NCBI GenBank assembly: GCA_951812345.1
Contig: OX638295.1
Location: forward strand, 2,542,965 to 2,606,964
DNA length: 64,000 nt
Reading direction: 5' to 3'
From: Rhodothermales bacterium
GTDB taxonomy: Bacteria > Bacteroidota > Rhodothermia > Rhodothermales > VXPQ01
Shown: in pieces, positions 25,625 through 37,590 of the stretch
How the letters are laid out: the number at the start of each line of letters is the position of its first letter
Numbering within the stretch: position 1 is the first letter of the stretch
Notes under the pieces: model-generated
What the model was told of the DNA's origin: nothing
Database searches by the model: none
The model's input: the letters and a program-made list of their open reading frames with translations, nothing else
Made by a program: the position numbers and the translations under genes

Positions 25625-26953
25625 ATGAACGGTTCGATGAACAGGCGAAATTTCATCAGGACATCCGCGCTGGGGGGCACAGCCCTCGGTCTGGCGCCGG
25701 CGACAATTCGCGCGTTTGCGTCCGGCGCGCCCAGCGATGCGATCCGGGTGGCCGTCATGGGGGTGAACAGCCGGGGCGGCGGCCTTGCCAACTCATTCGC
25801 TCAACAGAGTAATACAAACATACGATACATTTGCGATGTTGACGCCCGGGCGACCAGGCAAGTGTCGAGGAATGTGAGCGGAATACAGGATGAGATGGTA
25901 GAGGGAATACCCGATTTCCGGCGCGCGCTGGAAGATCCGGATGTGGACGCGCTGGTCATTGCAGCGCCCGATCATTGGCATGCCCCCGCCACAATCCTCG
26001 GTTTGCAGGCCGGCAAACATGTGTATGTCGAGAAGCCCTGTGGACACAACCCGCAGGAAGGGGAACTACTCGTGGCAGCGCAAGAACGATACGGCGGGAT
26101 CGTGCAGATGGGCACGCAGCAACGCTCCGGGCCCGCAACCATCGAGGCGATCCGTATGATCCATGATGGCGTGATAGGACGGCCGTACTTTGCGCGCACC
26201 TGGTACGCCAATACGCGGGGGCCCATAGGGCGCGGCAAGCCCGCGCCGGTTCCCCGCTGGCTGGATTACGAATTGTGGCAAGGCCCGGCGCCGCGTACGC
26301 CGTACCGCGACAATGTGGTGCATTACAACTGGCACTGGTTCTGGCGCTGGGGCACCGGCGAGGTGTGCAACAACGGCACGCATGAAATCGATGTGGCCCG
26401 GTGGGCGCTGGGCGTGGATTTCCCCGTTCGCGTCAATTCGAGCGGCGGGCGGTACCACTTCGACGACGATTGGGAGTTTTACGATACGCAGGACGTGTCT
26501 TTCGACTTCGAGGAGGGAAAAACGATCACCTGGGAAGGCAGAAGTTGCAACGGGTTTCCTGTGCTAAACCGGGGACGAGGCACTGTGGTGCATGGGACCG
26601 ACGGAACGATATTGGTGGACAGGAACGGGTACGTGCTCTACGACAAGGAAAATGCCGTCGTGAAGGAGGTCAAGGAAAAGGATCTGGAGTCCACCATGGA
26701 CACGACCGGCGGCGGCGGTCAGACGAACCGGCACATAGCCAACTTCCTCGAAGCCATTCGCGATGGGCGTCCGGTGCATTCCTCCATCGACGAAGGACAC
26801 AAGAGCGTCCTGTTATGTCACCTTGCGAACATCGCGCAGAAAGTCGGCGAGACGCTGCACTGCGATCCGGGCAACGGACATATTACCGGGAATCCCGAAG
26901 CCATGGAATACTGGGCGCGGGACTACGAACCCGGCTGGGAACCCACGGTCTGA
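25625..26953 (+). CDS. Gfo/Idh/MocA-family oxidoreductase with TAT signal
   Basis: The twin-arginine leader is MNRRNFIRTSALGGTALGLA. The Rossmann region is IRVAVMGVNSRGG, followed by ...EKP.... Confidence 0.85.
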   Translation: MNGSMNRRNFIRTSALGGTALGLAPATIRAFASGAPSDAIRVAVMGVNSRGGGLANSFAQQSNTNIRYICDVDARATRQVSRNVSGIQDEMVEGIPDFRRALEDPDVDALVIAAPDHWHAPATILGLQAGKHVYVEKPCGHNPQEGELLVAAQERYGGIVQMGTQQRSGPATIEAIRMIHDGVIGRPYFARTWYANTRGPIGRGKPAPVPRWLDYELWQGPAPRTPYRDNVVHYNWHWFWRWGTGEVCNNGTHEIDVARWALGVDFPVRVNSSGGRYHFDDDWEFYDTQDVSFDFEEGKTITWEGRSCNGFPVLNRGRGTVVHGTDGTILVDRNGYVLYDKENAVVKEVKEKDLESTMDTTGGGGQTNRHIANFLEAIRDGRPVHSSIDEGHKSVLLCHLANIAQKVGETLHCDPGNGHITGNPEAMEYWARDYEPGWEPTV

Positions 26954-27010
26954 CGCCATAACATCTCCAGGCCGCACACCCGATCATGGCCCCTGCAACC
27001 CGTACGTACG

Positions 27011-28663
27011 CTATGGCTGTACGGTAATCGTGGCCATGGTTTCGGGGCTTTCGGCGTAACCGTAGCGAATCGCTTTGGTCCGGATCGTAGTGGTCTTTCC
27101 CGGTTCGAGGCGGATCGGGCGGGCATAGAGTTTCCAGTGCGGCGCCTCGCCTTCGTCGGTCGTGTAAGCAATGGAGGCCCCGTCCGTGCCGACCTCGATG
27201 ATGATCTCGACAGGACCATCCTGCTCCGCCTCCACCTCCCTGTCGATATCGTTGCGCCTCAGAATGAGCGGCGTGGCCGTAACGGGCTGCTCCTCGCCCA
27301 TCCACATCTGCCGGACCATCTGATCTTCGGACAGATGCCCTTTTTCGTCGATGTCGAGCATCCAGGCGTCCAACTCGGCGCGCATCCGGTGCAACACGTC
27401 GCGCAGCGCAGGATCGTCCGCCAGATTGTTGACCTCATGCGGGTCGGCCTGCATGTCGTAGAGTTCCTCCGGGGGACGGCTGTCGCGCAGCCACAGTTGC
27501 TGCACTTCATCAAGTTCGCCCGCAATATTCAGGCGGAATATTTCCTGAATGATAGACGAGCGGTTGCGGTACGGAACGAATTGCACGTACGGCTTTTCCG
27601 GGTGAAAATTGCGAATGTATTTGTACCGCTTGTCGCGGGCGGCCCGGACCATATCGTAGACCATATCGATGCGGTCCCGGGCGGCGTAGATATATTCGCG
27701 CGGCGGAGCCTCCGCATCGCCAAGGAAAGGCATGCCATCCATGTGCGCGGGAATGGAAACCCCGGAAAGCGACAACACGGTGGGCCCCAAATCGACCAGA
27801 CTGACAAGCCGTTCGCTGGCCGAACCGGGCGCTTGCTGCCCGGGCGTCCGCACGATGAGCGGAACAAGTATGCCGGAATCGTAGAGCCAGCGCTTGGCGC
27901 GGGGCAGGCCGTCGCCGTGATCGCCCCAGAAAAAGACCACCGTATTGTCGGCAAGGCCATCCTCTTCCAGTTGGCGCAGAATTTCCCCGGCCTGCTCGTC
28001 GAGACGGGCAATGTTGTCATAATGTTTGGCCAATTGCCGCCGCACTTCCGGGGTATCCGGATAGTACGGGGGCAGTTCGAGCGCATTCGGGTCCGTGGTC
28101 GTTTCCTCGTCCGGAGTCACCCAGCTTTGGCTCTCGTGCGTAATCCCGAAATTGAATACGGAAAAGAACGGCTGGCCTTCCTTGCGAAGCGGGCTGCGCC
28201 AGTGCGCCCCCCGCTTGTGCTCGTCCCAGATCGTGACGGGGGTACCGATCTGGTAGTCGGTTTTGAAATCGTTCGTCGTGAAATACCCGGCTGCCCGGAG
28301 ATATTCCGTAAAGGCCTTCACGTACGGAGGAGGCGTAGCATGATACGGCGTGGGAATGCCTGGCGCATCGTGGGTGGTGCGCATATGATGCCCTCCCCAG
28401 CCGTTCTGGTGCATGCCTGTGATGATGGCCGCCCGGCTCGGCGCGCACACCCCGGCGGTAGTGAAGGCCTGCGTGTACCGGGTCCCCTCGGAAGCAAGGC
28501 GATCGAGGTTAGGCGTGTTCGCTACGGCGTCGCCGTAGGCGCCGAACCGCAAGCCGACGTCCTCGGCGGAAATCCAGACGATGTTGGGCCGGTCCTGCGC
28601 AATGGCAGGCGGCGCAGCAAACAAGAGCAAACAAAGAAGCGCAACGGCGAACGGTATTCTCAT
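27011..28663 (-). CDS. Sulfatase (arylsulfatase A family)
   Basis: The signal peptide is [35 protein letters not shown] is present, and the formylglycine motif C-A-P-S-R lies in [16 protein letters not shown]. The start is chosen at M15 of the track ORF. Confidence 0.85.
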   Translation of the reverse strand: MRIPFAVALLCLLLFAAPPAIAQDRPNIVWISAEDVGLRFGAYGDAVANTPNLDRLASEGTRYTQAFTTAGVCAPSRAAIITGMHQNGWGGHHMRTTHDAPGIPTPYHATPPPYVKAFTEYLRAAGYFTTNDFKTDYQIGTPVTIWDEHKRGAHWRSPLRKEGQPFFSVFNFGITHESQSWVTPDEETTTDPNALELPPYYPDTPEVRRQLAKHYDNIARLDEQAGEILRQLEEDGLADNTVVFFWGDHGDGLPRAKRWLYDSGILVPLIVRTPGQQAPGSASERLVSLVDLGPTVLSLSGVSIPAHMDGMPFLGDAEAPPREYIYAARDRIDMVYDMVRAARDKRYKYIRNFHPEKPYVQFVPYRNRSSIIQEIFRLNIAGELDEVQQLWLRDSRPPEELYDMQADPHEVNNLADDPALRDVLHRMRAELDAWMLDIDEKGHLSEDQMVRQMWMGEEQPVTATPLILRRNDIDREVEAEQDGPVEIIIEVGTDGASIAYTTDEGEAPHWKLYARPIRLEPGKTTTIRTKAIRYGYAESPETMATITVQP

Positions 28664-28884
28664 GGCAACGTTCTGATGAATGGAAAACGAAATATAAGCA
28701 AACATAGCGGATACCGAACGGTCCTGATTTTCCAGGCCTGCCGCCCTTGTTCGCCGTGGATTTTCGAGACATGTTTTTCCGGCGCATGTCCTGAGGATTC
28801 GTTTTCTTAATAGGATTCTGTATGGAGGCCGTCATGCGCACAGCAGGCGGCGTCCGGACAGGGACGGTATTTCGATAAACTCCC

Positions 28885-31824
28885 ATGGACGACCGGATCA
28901 CGATTCGCGGCGCGCGCGCCCACAATCTTCGGAATATCGATGTAGATATTCCGAGGGAGCAACTTGTGGTCATAACCGGCCTGTCCGGTTCAGGCAAATC
29001 GAGCCTTGCCTTCGACACGATCTATGCCGAAGGACGGCGCCGCTATATGGAAAGCCTGAGCGCCTATGCCCGGCAGTTTCTGGGCATGATGGAACGGCCC
29101 GATGTCGATTTCATCGACGGCCTCTCCCCCGTGATCGCCATCGATCAAAAGACGGTCAGCCGCAATCCCCGGTCCACGGTGGGTACGGTCACGGAGATCT
29201 ACGATTTCATCCGTCTGCTTTTTGCGCGGGCGGGCACGCCGTATTCGTACCTCTCCGGCGCCCCGATGCGAAAGCAGTCCGATGACGAGATCATCGACGA
29301 GATCGCGTCCTTCCCCGAAGGAACCCGCATGATGCTGCTGGCGCCGGTCGTACGGGCGCGCAAGGGGCACTACCGGGAACTCTTCGAACAGATGAAGAAG
29401 CAGGGCTTTCAGCGCGTACGCATCGACGGGGAGGCGCAGGAAATCGAACCGGGTATGAAAGTAGACCGGTACAAGACGCACGACATCGAGGTCGTGGTGG
29501 ACCGCATCGTGATCAAGGAAGGCATTCGCTCCCGAATCGCCCGGTCGGCAGAGACCGCGCTCGGCATGGGCGGCGGAACGCTGATCGTGCAGGCGACGGA
29601 CGGGCCGAAAACAGGCGATCATCTGATGAGCCGTCACCTGTTCAGTCCGGAAGACGGGCTTTACTACGAAGACGCCTCGCCGAACATGTTTTCCTTCAAC
29701 ACGCCCTATGGAGCGTGCCCCGAATGCAACGGCCTCGGCAATCGCCGGGAAATCGACCCGGAGCTGGTTATTCCGGATCCGTCCCGCACCATTGCCGAGG
29801 GCGGACTCGTCCCGCTGGGCAAACCGCGCGATATCTGGATATTCAACCAGTTGCGGGCGGTGGCTGCCGCCTGCGGTTTCGGGTTCGACACGCCGGTCGG
29901 GGACCTGACGGAAACGCAGCAGGAAACCCTGCTCTTCGGCGCCGGCGAGGAGAAATTCGACATCGTGTATACCTACAAGAACAGGGAAGTATGCTACCGG
30001 CACCGCTTCGACGGCGTCTACGGGTACATCCGGCACACGTACGACACCACCTCGTCGAACACCCAACGCAAATGGGCCGAGTCGTTCATGCGGCAGATGT
30101 CGTGCAGCGACTGCGGGGGCGGTCGGTTGAAAAAAGAAAGCCTGTCGTACCGGATCGGAACCTGCAACATCGCCGACCTGGTCCGGATGGATCTGGTCGG
30201 GCTGCGCGCGTTTTTCGACGAGGCGGCGTTCTCCGACCGCCAGCAAATCATTGCCCGCCCCATCGTCAAGGAAATCAGGGAACGCCTCGATTTTCTGATC
30301 TCCGTCGGGGTAGGGTATCTGAGCCTGGATCGCGCGGCGCGTACGCTGTCCGGCGGGGAAAGCCAGCGCATTCGCCTGGCGACCCAGATCGGGACGCGCC
30401 TTACCGGCGTGTTGTATGTGCTGGACGAGCCCTCCATCGGCCTGCATCCAAGCGACCATTCCAGACTGATCGATTCCCTGCGGCAATTGCGCGACCTCGG
30501 CAATTCGGTGCTCGTCGTCGAGCACGACCGGGAGATGATCGAGGCTGCCGATTTTGTAGTGGACCTCGGACCGGGCGCCGGAGAACATGGCGGCCATGTC
30601 ATGGGGGCCACGACGCCCGAGGCGTTGCCGATCGGAATAAACGGTCACACAAGCCTTACGGCGGCATACCTCCGGGGGATACGGCGCATCCATGTACCGA
30701 AACGCCGCCGGAACGGCTCCGGAAAGCGTCTGGCGCTCGAGGGCGCCACCGGGCACAATCTGAAAGGCGATCCCTTCGCATTTCCGCTGGGCGCCTTCGT
30801 ATGCGTTACGGGCGTGTCAGGGTCCGGTAAATCCAGTCTGGTCAACCAGACGCTGTATCCCCTGTTGGCTCAACGGCTTCACGGCGCCAGAACCCCGCCG
30901 TTGCCTTTCGAATCCCTGAAAGGCACAGAGCACATCGACAAAGTCATCGACATCGATCAGAGCCCGATCGGAAGAACGCCCCGGTCGAACCCCGCCACCT
31001 ATACGAACCTGTTTACCTCGATCCGGGATTTGTTCGCGCAGCTTCCGGAATCGAAAATCCGCGGATACGGAAAAGGCCGATTTTCCTTCAATACGAAAGG
31101 AGGGCGGTGCGAGACATGCAAGGGCGCCGGTATCGTCAAACTGGAGATGAATTTTCTGCCCGACGTGTATGTGGAATGTGATACCTGCAAGGGCCACCGC
31201 TACAACACGGAAACGCTGGAAGTACGCTACAAGGGAAAGAACATTGCGGACGCGCTGGATATGACGGTATCCGAGGCGCTGGCGTTTTTCGAACACATCC
31301 CTCGCATCGAACGGAAACTGCGCACACTCGACTCGGTGGGGCTGGGATATATCCGGCTCGGACAACCCTCCACCACATTATCCGGCGGCGAGGCGCAACG
31401 GGTCAAACTGGCGCGGGAGCTTTCGAGACCGGGAACCGGGCGCACCCTGTACATTCTCGACGAACCGACCACGGGGCTGCATTTCGAAGACATCCGGCAC
31501 TTGCTGGTGGTCCTCGATGCGCTGGTGCAAAAAGGCAACACTGTGCTGATCATCGAACACAATATGGATGTGGTCAAGGTAGCGGACTGGATCGTGGACA
31601 TGGGGCCGGTCGGCGGTACGCAGGGCGGGCATATTCTGTTTTCGGGCGCCCCGGAAGACCTCGCCCGAACGCATACCGCTACCGCAGAATATTTACGGGA
31701 GGAGCTGGAACGATTTGACGAAACGTCCGAGGAAGAAGATACCCGGAGCCTTGACCTGGACGCCCTGACTTCCGACGAAGCAGGTGAAGAAGAACTTGCC
31801 TTTCCCCTCTCTTCGTCCGCCTGA
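28885..31824 (+). CDS. uvrA: Excinuclease ABC subunit A
   Basis: 979 aa. [44 protein letters not shown] is present, with two ABC modules and zinc-finger CxxC pairs. It also has an acidic ~40-aa C-terminal tail. Confidence 0.95.
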   Translation: MDDRITIRGARAHNLRNIDVDIPREQLVVITGLSGSGKSSLAFDTIYAEGRRRYMESLSAYARQFLGMMERPDVDFIDGLSPVIAIDQKTVSRNPRSTVGTVTEIYDFIRLLFARAGTPYSYLSGAPMRKQSDDEIIDEIASFPEGTRMMLLAPVVRARKGHYRELFEQMKKQGFQRVRIDGEAQEIEPGMKVDRYKTHDIEVVVDRIVIKEGIRSRIARSAETALGMGGGTLIVQATDGPKTGDHLMSRHLFSPEDGLYYEDASPNMFSFNTPYGACPECNGLGNRREIDPELVIPDPSRTIAEGGLVPLGKPRDIWIFNQLRAVAAACGFGFDTPVGDLTETQQETLLFGAGEEKFDIVYTYKNREVCYRHRFDGVYGYIRHTYDTTSSNTQRKWAESFMRQMSCSDCGGGRLKKESLSYRIGTCNIADLVRMDLVGLRAFFDEAAFSDRQQIIARPIVKEIRERLDFLISVGVGYLSLDRAARTLSGGESQRIRLATQIGTRLTGVLYVLDEPSIGLHPSDHSRLIDSLRQLRDLGNSVLVVEHDREMIEAADFVVDLGPGAGEHGGHVMGATTPEALPIGINGHTSLTAAYLRGIRRIHVPKRRRNGSGKRLALEGATGHNLKGDPFAFPLGAFVCVTGVSGSGKSSLVNQTLYPLLAQRLHGARTPPLPFESLKGTEHIDKVIDIDQSPIGRTPRSNPATYTNLFTSIRDLFAQLPESKIRGYGKGRFSFNTKGGRCETCKGAGIVKLEMNFLPDVYVECDTCKGHRYNTETLEVRYKGKNIADALDMTVSEALAFFEHIPRIERKLRTLDSVGLGYIRLGQPSTTLSGGEAQRVKLARELSRPGTGRTLYILDEPTTGLHFEDIRHLLVVLDALVQKGNTVLIIEHNMDVVKVADWIVDMGPVGGTQGGHILFSGAPEDLARTHTATAEYLREELERFDETSEEEDTRSLDLDALTSDEAGEEELAFPLSSSA

Positions 31825-31848
31825 CCGCACAGACCCTTAGCCGTACCG

Positions 31849-32241
31849 ATGCCGGAACCGCCTTTTATACCCGCCTATCGTAAACCGGACGCCGAAGGCG
31901 TCTGGATGCAGTTCGACAATACGGTCGCGATCCGCCACATCGTGCGCGCGGAAGATACGTTCGAGCAGGCCGCGGCGGCCGTTTTCAACTACCTGAAAAA
32001 AGCGCAGGGGGATTTCCCCGACTGGCCGAGGGTGCTCTACCTTGATCTGGAAGGACACACCGGGGAGTACGCCGGATTCGACGCCGACTTTTACGAGTTC
32101 CAGCAGGAGTTCTTCTTTTCGACGATGGCGCCGTTCCTGACCGGGTTTCATATGCCGCTTACCGGGGCTCTCGTCAATCCGGAAACGCAACGCAACGACC
32201 TGCCGGACGAACTGGTCGTGAGAATGCCGGACGCCTCCTGA
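31849..32241 (+). CDS. Hypothetical protein
   Basis: 130-aa ORF with balanced, acidic composition, starting 24 nt after uvrA. The competing antisense ORF (31837-32469) is R/S/P-rich. No family is recognised. Confidence 0.45.
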   Translation: MPEPPFIPAYRKPDAEGVWMQFDNTVAIRHIVRAEDTFEQAAAAVFNYLKKAQGDFPDWPRVLYLDLEGHTGEYAGFDADFYEFQQEFFFSTMAPFLTGFHMPLTGALVNPETQRNDLPDELVVRMPDAS

Positions 32242-32266
32242 CAGGGCAGCAAAGACAACGGATAGC

Positions 32267-33298
32267 TCAGGCGTCTCCGGACCGTACGGCCACGTTGCTG
32301 AGAAGATCGGAGGTTCCATCCCGGTCTTTCTTTCCGTTCCGGTGGCGCACGTCCAGGACCTGAATGCAGATTGCGCCCAGGACGATAAACAGTCCGGACA
32401 GGATCTCGAGTGCGGACGGTTGCGTCCGGATGGTTGCCCATGCAAGCCATAGTGCGGCAAGGGGAACAAGGTTGCCGTAGAGCACCACCCGGGTCGGTCC
32501 CAGTTTTTTCAGCGCGCGCACCTTGGCCCACTGGCCGATACCGACACCGACAGCGCCCCCGAAAATAATAGCTATCCAGGTCCAGGCGCCGAGTTCCAGC
32601 CAGGATTCGCCTGTGAGTGCGGGCAGGGCGATAGCGAGATAAACCATGCCGCCAATAGCGGTACGGGCCGCCACCATGGCCGTGGCGCCATACCGGGCCG
32701 CAAGGGGTTTGATGAAATGCAGTTCGGCAACCGCCATGAGCAGTGCCAGAACGAGTAACAGATCGCCGAGCCAATATCCCTTGTCAGCGCGAAAACCGTC
32801 GAAGGCCAGCGTGAACGTGCCGAGCGCCGCCAGCACAATGCCGACGTATCCAAGACGGCCGATGCGTTCCGTACCCAGCACGTATCCCAGCGCACAACTG
32901 AGCACCGGGCCCAATGCCAACCACAAGGATGCCCGGGCGCCGTGGGTAAGTCCAAGTCCTTCAATGCCGAGCCACGGGGCAAGCGTGGCGCCCAGAATAG
33001 CAACGACAAGCAAACGCGGCCAATCTTTTTTATGCACCCGGGGAAAGAGGCGAGTGCCCTTCGCCGTTTCTCCAGCTCCAAAAAAGAGCTGAAAATACAG
33101 CATGGTGATCATGGCCGCGCCCCCGAGAAGAAATCGGGAGACGGAAAACCCGATAGGAGACATCTCGCGAAGCGCCACTTCGGCGAGTACGAAATTCCCG
33201 CCCCAAAGTATGACAAAAACCAGCAACAGGACATGGTGGGGCCAGGCGGCCTCCTCACTTCCGTCGAGGTCAGGTTGCTTGTGTTCGTCCGGATTCAT
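32267..33298 (-). CDS. EamA/DMT-family transporter
   Basis: There are about ten hydrophobic segments in two EamA halves (VFVILWGGNFVLAEVAL..., ...VVLYGNLVPLAALWLAW). Confidence 0.8.
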   Translation of the reverse strand: MNPDEHKQPDLDGSEEAAWPHHVLLLVFVILWGGNFVLAEVALREMSPIGFSVSRFLLGGAAMITMLYFQLFFGAGETAKGTRLFPRVHKKDWPRLLVVAILGATLAPWLGIEGLGLTHGARASLWLALGPVLSCALGYVLGTERIGRLGYVGIVLAALGTFTLAFDGFRADKGYWLGDLLLVLALLMAVAELHFIKPLAARYGATAMVAARTAIGGMVYLAIALPALTGESWLELGAWTWIAIIFGGAVGVGIGQWAKVRALKKLGPTRVVLYGNLVPLAALWLAWATIRTQPSALEILSGLFIVLGAICIQVLDVRHRNGKKDRDGTSDLLSNVAVRSGDA

Positions 33299-33393
33299 TG
33301 GGGAAATGCTGCTTCACGGGTCGCTCCGCAAAAATAGGCAAACGACCGGACATAGAAAGTGGTCCGCCGGACGCACCACCCTGTCGGGATATG

Positions 33394-36300
33394 CTATGCA
33401 GCCCGAGACGCGCGTTCGACGATTTTGACAGCTTCGTCGAATTGCACGCCAACGATACGGGAAACGCCGGGTTCTTGCATGGTGACGCCGTACAATCGAT
33501 CCGCCGCCTCCATCGTTAACTTGTTGTGTGTAACGAGAACGAATTGCGTGTGTTCTGCAAACCGCCGGATCATGCGCATGAAGCGCTGGACGTTCTTGTC
33601 GTCGAGAGGAGCATCTACCTCATCGAGAATACAGAAGGGACTCGGCTTGACAAGGTAAATGCCAAACAGGAGTGCAATCGCCGTAAGAGCTTTCTCACCC
33701 CCGGAAAGCAACGAGGTGGCTGACGACGTTTTACCCCCGGGACGGGCCTGGATGCGGATAGCCGTTTCGAGCGGATGCCCCGGATCTTCCAGCACCAGAT
33801 CGGCGACCGCTTCTTCCCCGAACAGATCCTGAAACGTTTGTCGGAAATGGCGCCGGATATCTTCGAACGTTTTCATGAACCTCGCCGAGGCGGTAGCATT
33901 GATCTCGTCGATCGTTTCGAGCAGTGTCTTTTCGGCCGCTTCGAGATCTTGCTGTTGCTGCGTGAGGAATTCGAGCCGTTTCGTTTCCTCTTCCCAGGTT
34001 TCGAGTGCGAGTTCGTTAACGCTTCCCATGGTGCGCAGGCGGAGACGCAATGCGCTCACTTCCTCCCGGGCAGCCTCTTCCTCAAAATCTTCCGGCATCA
34101 GGATAGACGCCTCTGCCACTGCTTCCGGAAGCGACACAGCAAAATCTCCGACAACTTGCTCAACCAATGCATCCGTGCGGGTCCGGATTTCGGTAAGCCG
34201 CAATTCACGCATGTGCTCCTGCTCCACCAATTGCTGGCGGCGATCCCGTACTCCTTGTAATTCACCCTCGAGGATCGCGATGTCCTTCCGGATGGCTTGC
34301 AGATCGCCTTCCGACCGGTCCACCGCCTCCTGCAGCACAGCTTGCTTCTCTTCCATGCCGGGCCAGTCGGTCGCCAGTTTTTCCAGCCGACCGCTGGTCT
34401 GTTGCATTTTCCGATCGAGTTCGTCTATGCGAAGAGTGCGAGCTTTCGTACGGTCCTGCAAGTCCTGAAGCCGGCCACGTGCACGATCAAGGTCTCGCTG
34501 CAAGTTCTCGTACCGGTTGCGCGCCTTCAGCGCCTCAAGACTCGCATCGCTGTATATCCCTGCTGCCGCACGGCTTTCGGTTTCGGCGGTTTGGAATGCC
34601 GTTTCCGCTTCGGTAAGCCGGGATCGGATTACGTCCAGGCTCCCGGCAGCTTGTGCAAGATCCTCGCTGAGGCGTTTGCTCTCGCGGCCTGTCCCTTCGA
34701 GAAATGCCTTCGCCTCTTCGCATTTGTTCGCGAGCGCTTCCTGTCGCTGTTCGGCCGCGTCCAGATTGAACACAGCCTGTGCAGCTTCCCGCTCCGCTTT
34801 CGCGAGGCTCCGCTCGACCTCGGCAAGTTGTTCGCGGCATGCTTCGCCCGAAACGGCGGTCATTTCGGTGCGGTGCTTGCTGATGGTTCCTTCCGCGGCC
34901 TTGATATCGCTTCGGATGGCCTGCAAACGGCGACGCGTGGTTTCCAGTTGTTGCCGGCGCTCAAGGCGTCCCGACGCCAACGCATCGCCTTCCTCCTCAC
35001 TGCCTGCGTGCAGAACTCCTTGCCCATCGACCCATTCGCCGGTGCGTGCAAAGAATCGCACCCCGAAAGCAGTCCGGGCGGCGAGTTGTTCCGCCTCGTC
35101 GAGCGTATCGACAACGTATGCATCGTGCAACAGCAGACGAGCAAGGCGGGCGTATTTGTCGGAATCGACATGCCGGGCAGTAATGCGTACGCTTTCCTCA
35201 AGCGATGCAGCCTGCGCGGGACAGTGGCTTTCCGATGCCATCGTATCCGGTATCCGGTCCAGAACAATGAACGTGGCCCGACCCTGGCCGTTGCGGCGCA
35301 ATTGTTCGATGGCTGCCCGGGCTTCGTGGTCGGACTCGACTACAATGCACCCGGCGAAAGGACCAAGGGCGGCGGCGAGAGCGACGCGATCCGCACCCTT
35401 ACATGCAAGCAGGTCGGCTACCGTGGTCAATCTTCCGCTCGACCATTCCGAAGTTGCCAGATACTGCACGGCCCCGGAGCAATCCTCGTACGACGTAAGC
35501 ATGCTCTCCAGCAATCGGGCCGATGCTCCAAGCGCCTCCCGCTCGCGTTCGAGTTGATGTAACCGGTCGAGTGCTTTGTCAAGACATTCCCGGATATGCG
35601 TCTCCTCCTGCGTAGCCCGTTCCAAAGCGAGCCGGGTCTGCTCGACAGCAACCGTTGCCTCGGACTTTAGGGTTTCCGTATCCGCCGCAAGCGTACGCAG
35701 TCCGGTAAGCGACTCTTCCGCCTCACGCCGTTCCGTTTCCGCATCCGCCATATTCTTCTGCACCAGGTCCTGCTGACCGACGATTTTGTCGAGTTGGCGG
35801 CGTTGTGAGGCATGTTTTTCTTCGTGCGTACGTTCCTCTGCGCGAAGATGCTGCAATACCTGCTGTTTTTCCTCGCTGGCGGCACGGCGCGTGTCGCGTT
35901 CGCGCTCTGCAGCGGCAAGCCGGTTCTCCGCCTCGTACAGAGCAGGTTCGGCTTCCTTCAATGCCTTTTCCACCTCTTCAATCTCCTGCGCCATGTCAAT
36001 GCGGCGCATTGCAGCGGTTTGCTGCTCCTCCTCCATGCGTTGACGTTCGCCGCGCGCAGATTCCAACCGCTCTTCCCCAAGACGCTGCTCCGTTTCCAGT
36101 TCGCGCTGTTTGTCTATGTGTGCGTACAGGCTGGTGCGTTCTGCATCAAGGCGCTTTTCGCAGGCAAGCAACTTCTCCCGGAGCGCATTCAGCGCATCCG
36201 CCTGATCGGTTTCCTGTTGGGTTGCATGCGTCGTTTGCTCGCTCAAACCCGTCGTTTCGTTATGGAGCCTGCTTTGTTCTTCGGTCAGGCGCGCATATTC

Positions 36301-36996
36301 GATGCTGGCGAGCGCCAGTTCAATCTCACGCAGGCGGTTCCGGGCCTTCTTGTAGCGCTCCGCTTGTCCGGCCTGCCGCTTGAGACTCCGAACCTGTTTG
36401 GCGATTTCGTCCGTAAGGTCCCGAATGCGCTCGAGATCGTTCCGGGTCGCATCCAGTCTTCCGAGCGTTTGGCGCCGACGCACCTTGTATTTCGTGATGC
36501 CGGCGGCTTCCTCGAACAGACGCCGCCGATCATCGGTGTTTTCGGACAGAATCTCGTCGATCATCTTGAGCTCGATGACCGAATACGCACCGGCGCCCAT
36601 GCCGGTGTCCATGAAAAGATCCATAATGTCCCGAAGGCGACACGTTACGCCGTTCATGGCATACTCGGAATCGCCGGATCGGTACAGGCGACGTCCCAGT
36701 TGCACCTCATCGTACCGGGCAGGAAGAATATGCCGGTTATTCTCGATCGTCAACAGCACTTCGGACATGCCCAGCGGCTTGCGCTGCGACGCCCCGTTGA
36801 AAATGACGTTCTCCATTTTGTCGGAACGGAGAATGCGGGTTCGCTGCTCGCCGATCACCCAACGCAAGGCGTCCACAATATTCGACTTGCCGCATCCGTT
36901 AGGACCTACGATGGCCGTAATACCCGCATCGAAATGCAGCACGGTGCGATCCGCGAAGCTTTTAAAGCCATGCAATTCGAGTTTGCTCAGATACAT
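33394..36996 (-). CDS. smc: Chromosome segregation protein SMC
   Basis: 1200 aa. MYLSKLELHGFKSFADRTVLHFDAGITAIVGPNGCGKSNIVDALRWV starts the protein, followed by long coiled coils and a hinge. C-terminal motifs are LSGGEKALTAIALLF and FCILDEVDAPLDD. Confidence 0.95.
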   Translation of the reverse strand: MYLSKLELHGFKSFADRTVLHFDAGITAIVGPNGCGKSNIVDALRWVIGEQRTRILRSDKMENVIFNGASQRKPLGMSEVLLTIENNRHILPARYDEVQLGRRLYRSGDSEYAMNGVTCRLRDIMDLFMDTGMGAGAYSVIELKMIDEILSENTDDRRRLFEEAAGITKYKVRRRQTLGRLDATRNDLERIRDLTDEIAKQVRSLKRQAGQAERYKKARNRLREIELALASIEYARLTEEQSRLHNETTGLSEQTTHATQQETDQADALNALREKLLACEKRLDAERTSLYAHIDKQRELETEQRLGEERLESARGERQRMEEEQQTAAMRRIDMAQEIEEVEKALKEAEPALYEAENRLAAAERERDTRRAASEEKQQVLQHLRAEERTHEEKHASQRRQLDKIVGQQDLVQKNMADAETERREAEESLTGLRTLAADTETLKSEATVAVEQTRLALERATQEETHIRECLDKALDRLHQLEREREALGASARLLESMLTSYEDCSGAVQYLATSEWSSGRLTTVADLLACKGADRVALAAALGPFAGCIVVESDHEARAAIEQLRRNGQGRATFIVLDRIPDTMASESHCPAQAASLEESVRITARHVDSDKYARLARLLLHDAYVVDTLDEAEQLAARTAFGVRFFARTGEWVDGQGVLHAGSEEEGDALASGRLERRQQLETTRRRLQAIRSDIKAAEGTISKHRTEMTAVSGEACREQLAEVERSLAKAEREAAQAVFNLDAAEQRQEALANKCEEAKAFLEGTGRESKRLSEDLAQAAGSLDVIRSRLTEAETAFQTAETESRAAAGIYSDASLEALKARNRYENLQRDLDRARGRLQDLQDRTKARTLRIDELDRKMQQTSGRLEKLATDWPGMEEKQAVLQEAVDRSEGDLQAIRKDIAILEGELQGVRDRRQQLVEQEHMRELRLTEIRTRTDALVEQVVGDFAVSLPEAVAEASILMPEDFEEEAAREEVSALRLRLRTMGSVNELALETWEEETKRLEFLTQQQQDLEAAEKTLLETIDEINATASARFMKTFEDIRRHFRQTFQDLFGEEAVADLVLEDPGHPLETAIRIQARPGGKTSSATSLLSGGEKALTAIALLFGIYLVKPSPFCILDEVDAPLDDKNVQRFMRMIRRFAEHTQFVLVTHNKLTMEAADRLYGVTMQEPGVSRIVGVQFDEAVKIVERASRAA

Positions 36997-37491
36997 ATCA
37001 GCCGTGCAGTCTGCAAAGACAGATCAGAAAAACGGGCCCGGACAGGAGCGTCGGTGCAGCCCGCGCCATGTTGCCATTATGTTATCAATAGTGTCGACAG
37101 CCCATTCGTCGAAAACAATAAAACGGTTCTAAAACCGTTTTGCAAGTACCATATGCCTTTTACGCACGATTGTGCATAAATAACCTGCTCCGCCTGAAAA
37201 AAAGGAAATGCCCGGAATCAACCGCCATATAATCCGTTATTGCGCAAGGTGTATGCCTGACACGATCCGGACCGTCGTCTGCGGGACCACATGCGTCCGG
37301 ACGCAATGGATGTCGCTGAAGAAAATGCGGGGGCAACGTAACCTGCACGACAATCTCCCGTAAAGGAACTGTATATGGCAGGGAATTTGCTTGAAATGAA
37401 ACGGTGCACGTAGCCCGCTGACGAAACATGGGCGGCTGTGCACGCAAACACACCCCTCGGTCTTACCTCCGCCGATGGTGTGTGCCACGGA

Positions 37492-37548
37492 GGAGGGCCT
37501 TGCATGCGGACTGGAGCCCCGACATGCCTGGCCCTCCTTTTTCTTTTT
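37492..37548 (+). terminator. Strong intrinsic terminator with no annotated upstream gene
   Basis: Outer stem GGAGGGCC (37492-37499)/GGCCCTCC (37530-37537), inner stem GCATG/CATGC, then TTTTTCTTTTT (37538-37548). Confidence 0.5.
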
Positions 37549-37551
37549 ACA

Positions 37552-37590
37552 GGATACTCCGATTGCGTCTGCAAATCTCAGAGTGTATCC
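37552..37590. repeat. GGATAC-TIR element, minimal TIR-to-TIR remnant
   Basis: GGATACTCCGAT...TCAGAGTGTATCC: both ends resemble the family TIR with only ~15 nt between them. Confidence 0.45.

Noticed and set aside
27137-30756. A 557-aa ORF opposite the sulfatase and a 588-aa ORF opposite uvrA
   Set aside because: The opposite strands carry textbook sulfatase and UvrA sequences. The shadow ORFs have no recognisable motifs.
31690-31824. The acidic ~40-aa C-terminal extension of UvrA ([32 protein letters not shown]...)
   Set aside because: It is an unusual tail but a low-complexity one, in frame and without an independent signal. It is noted in the feature evidence only.
34297-37179. Several 190-455-aa plus-strand ORFs across smc
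   Set aside because: smc (minus strand, 1200 aa) explains the region. The plus-strand products are Ser/Arg/Ala-rich mirror translations of a coiled-coil gene.
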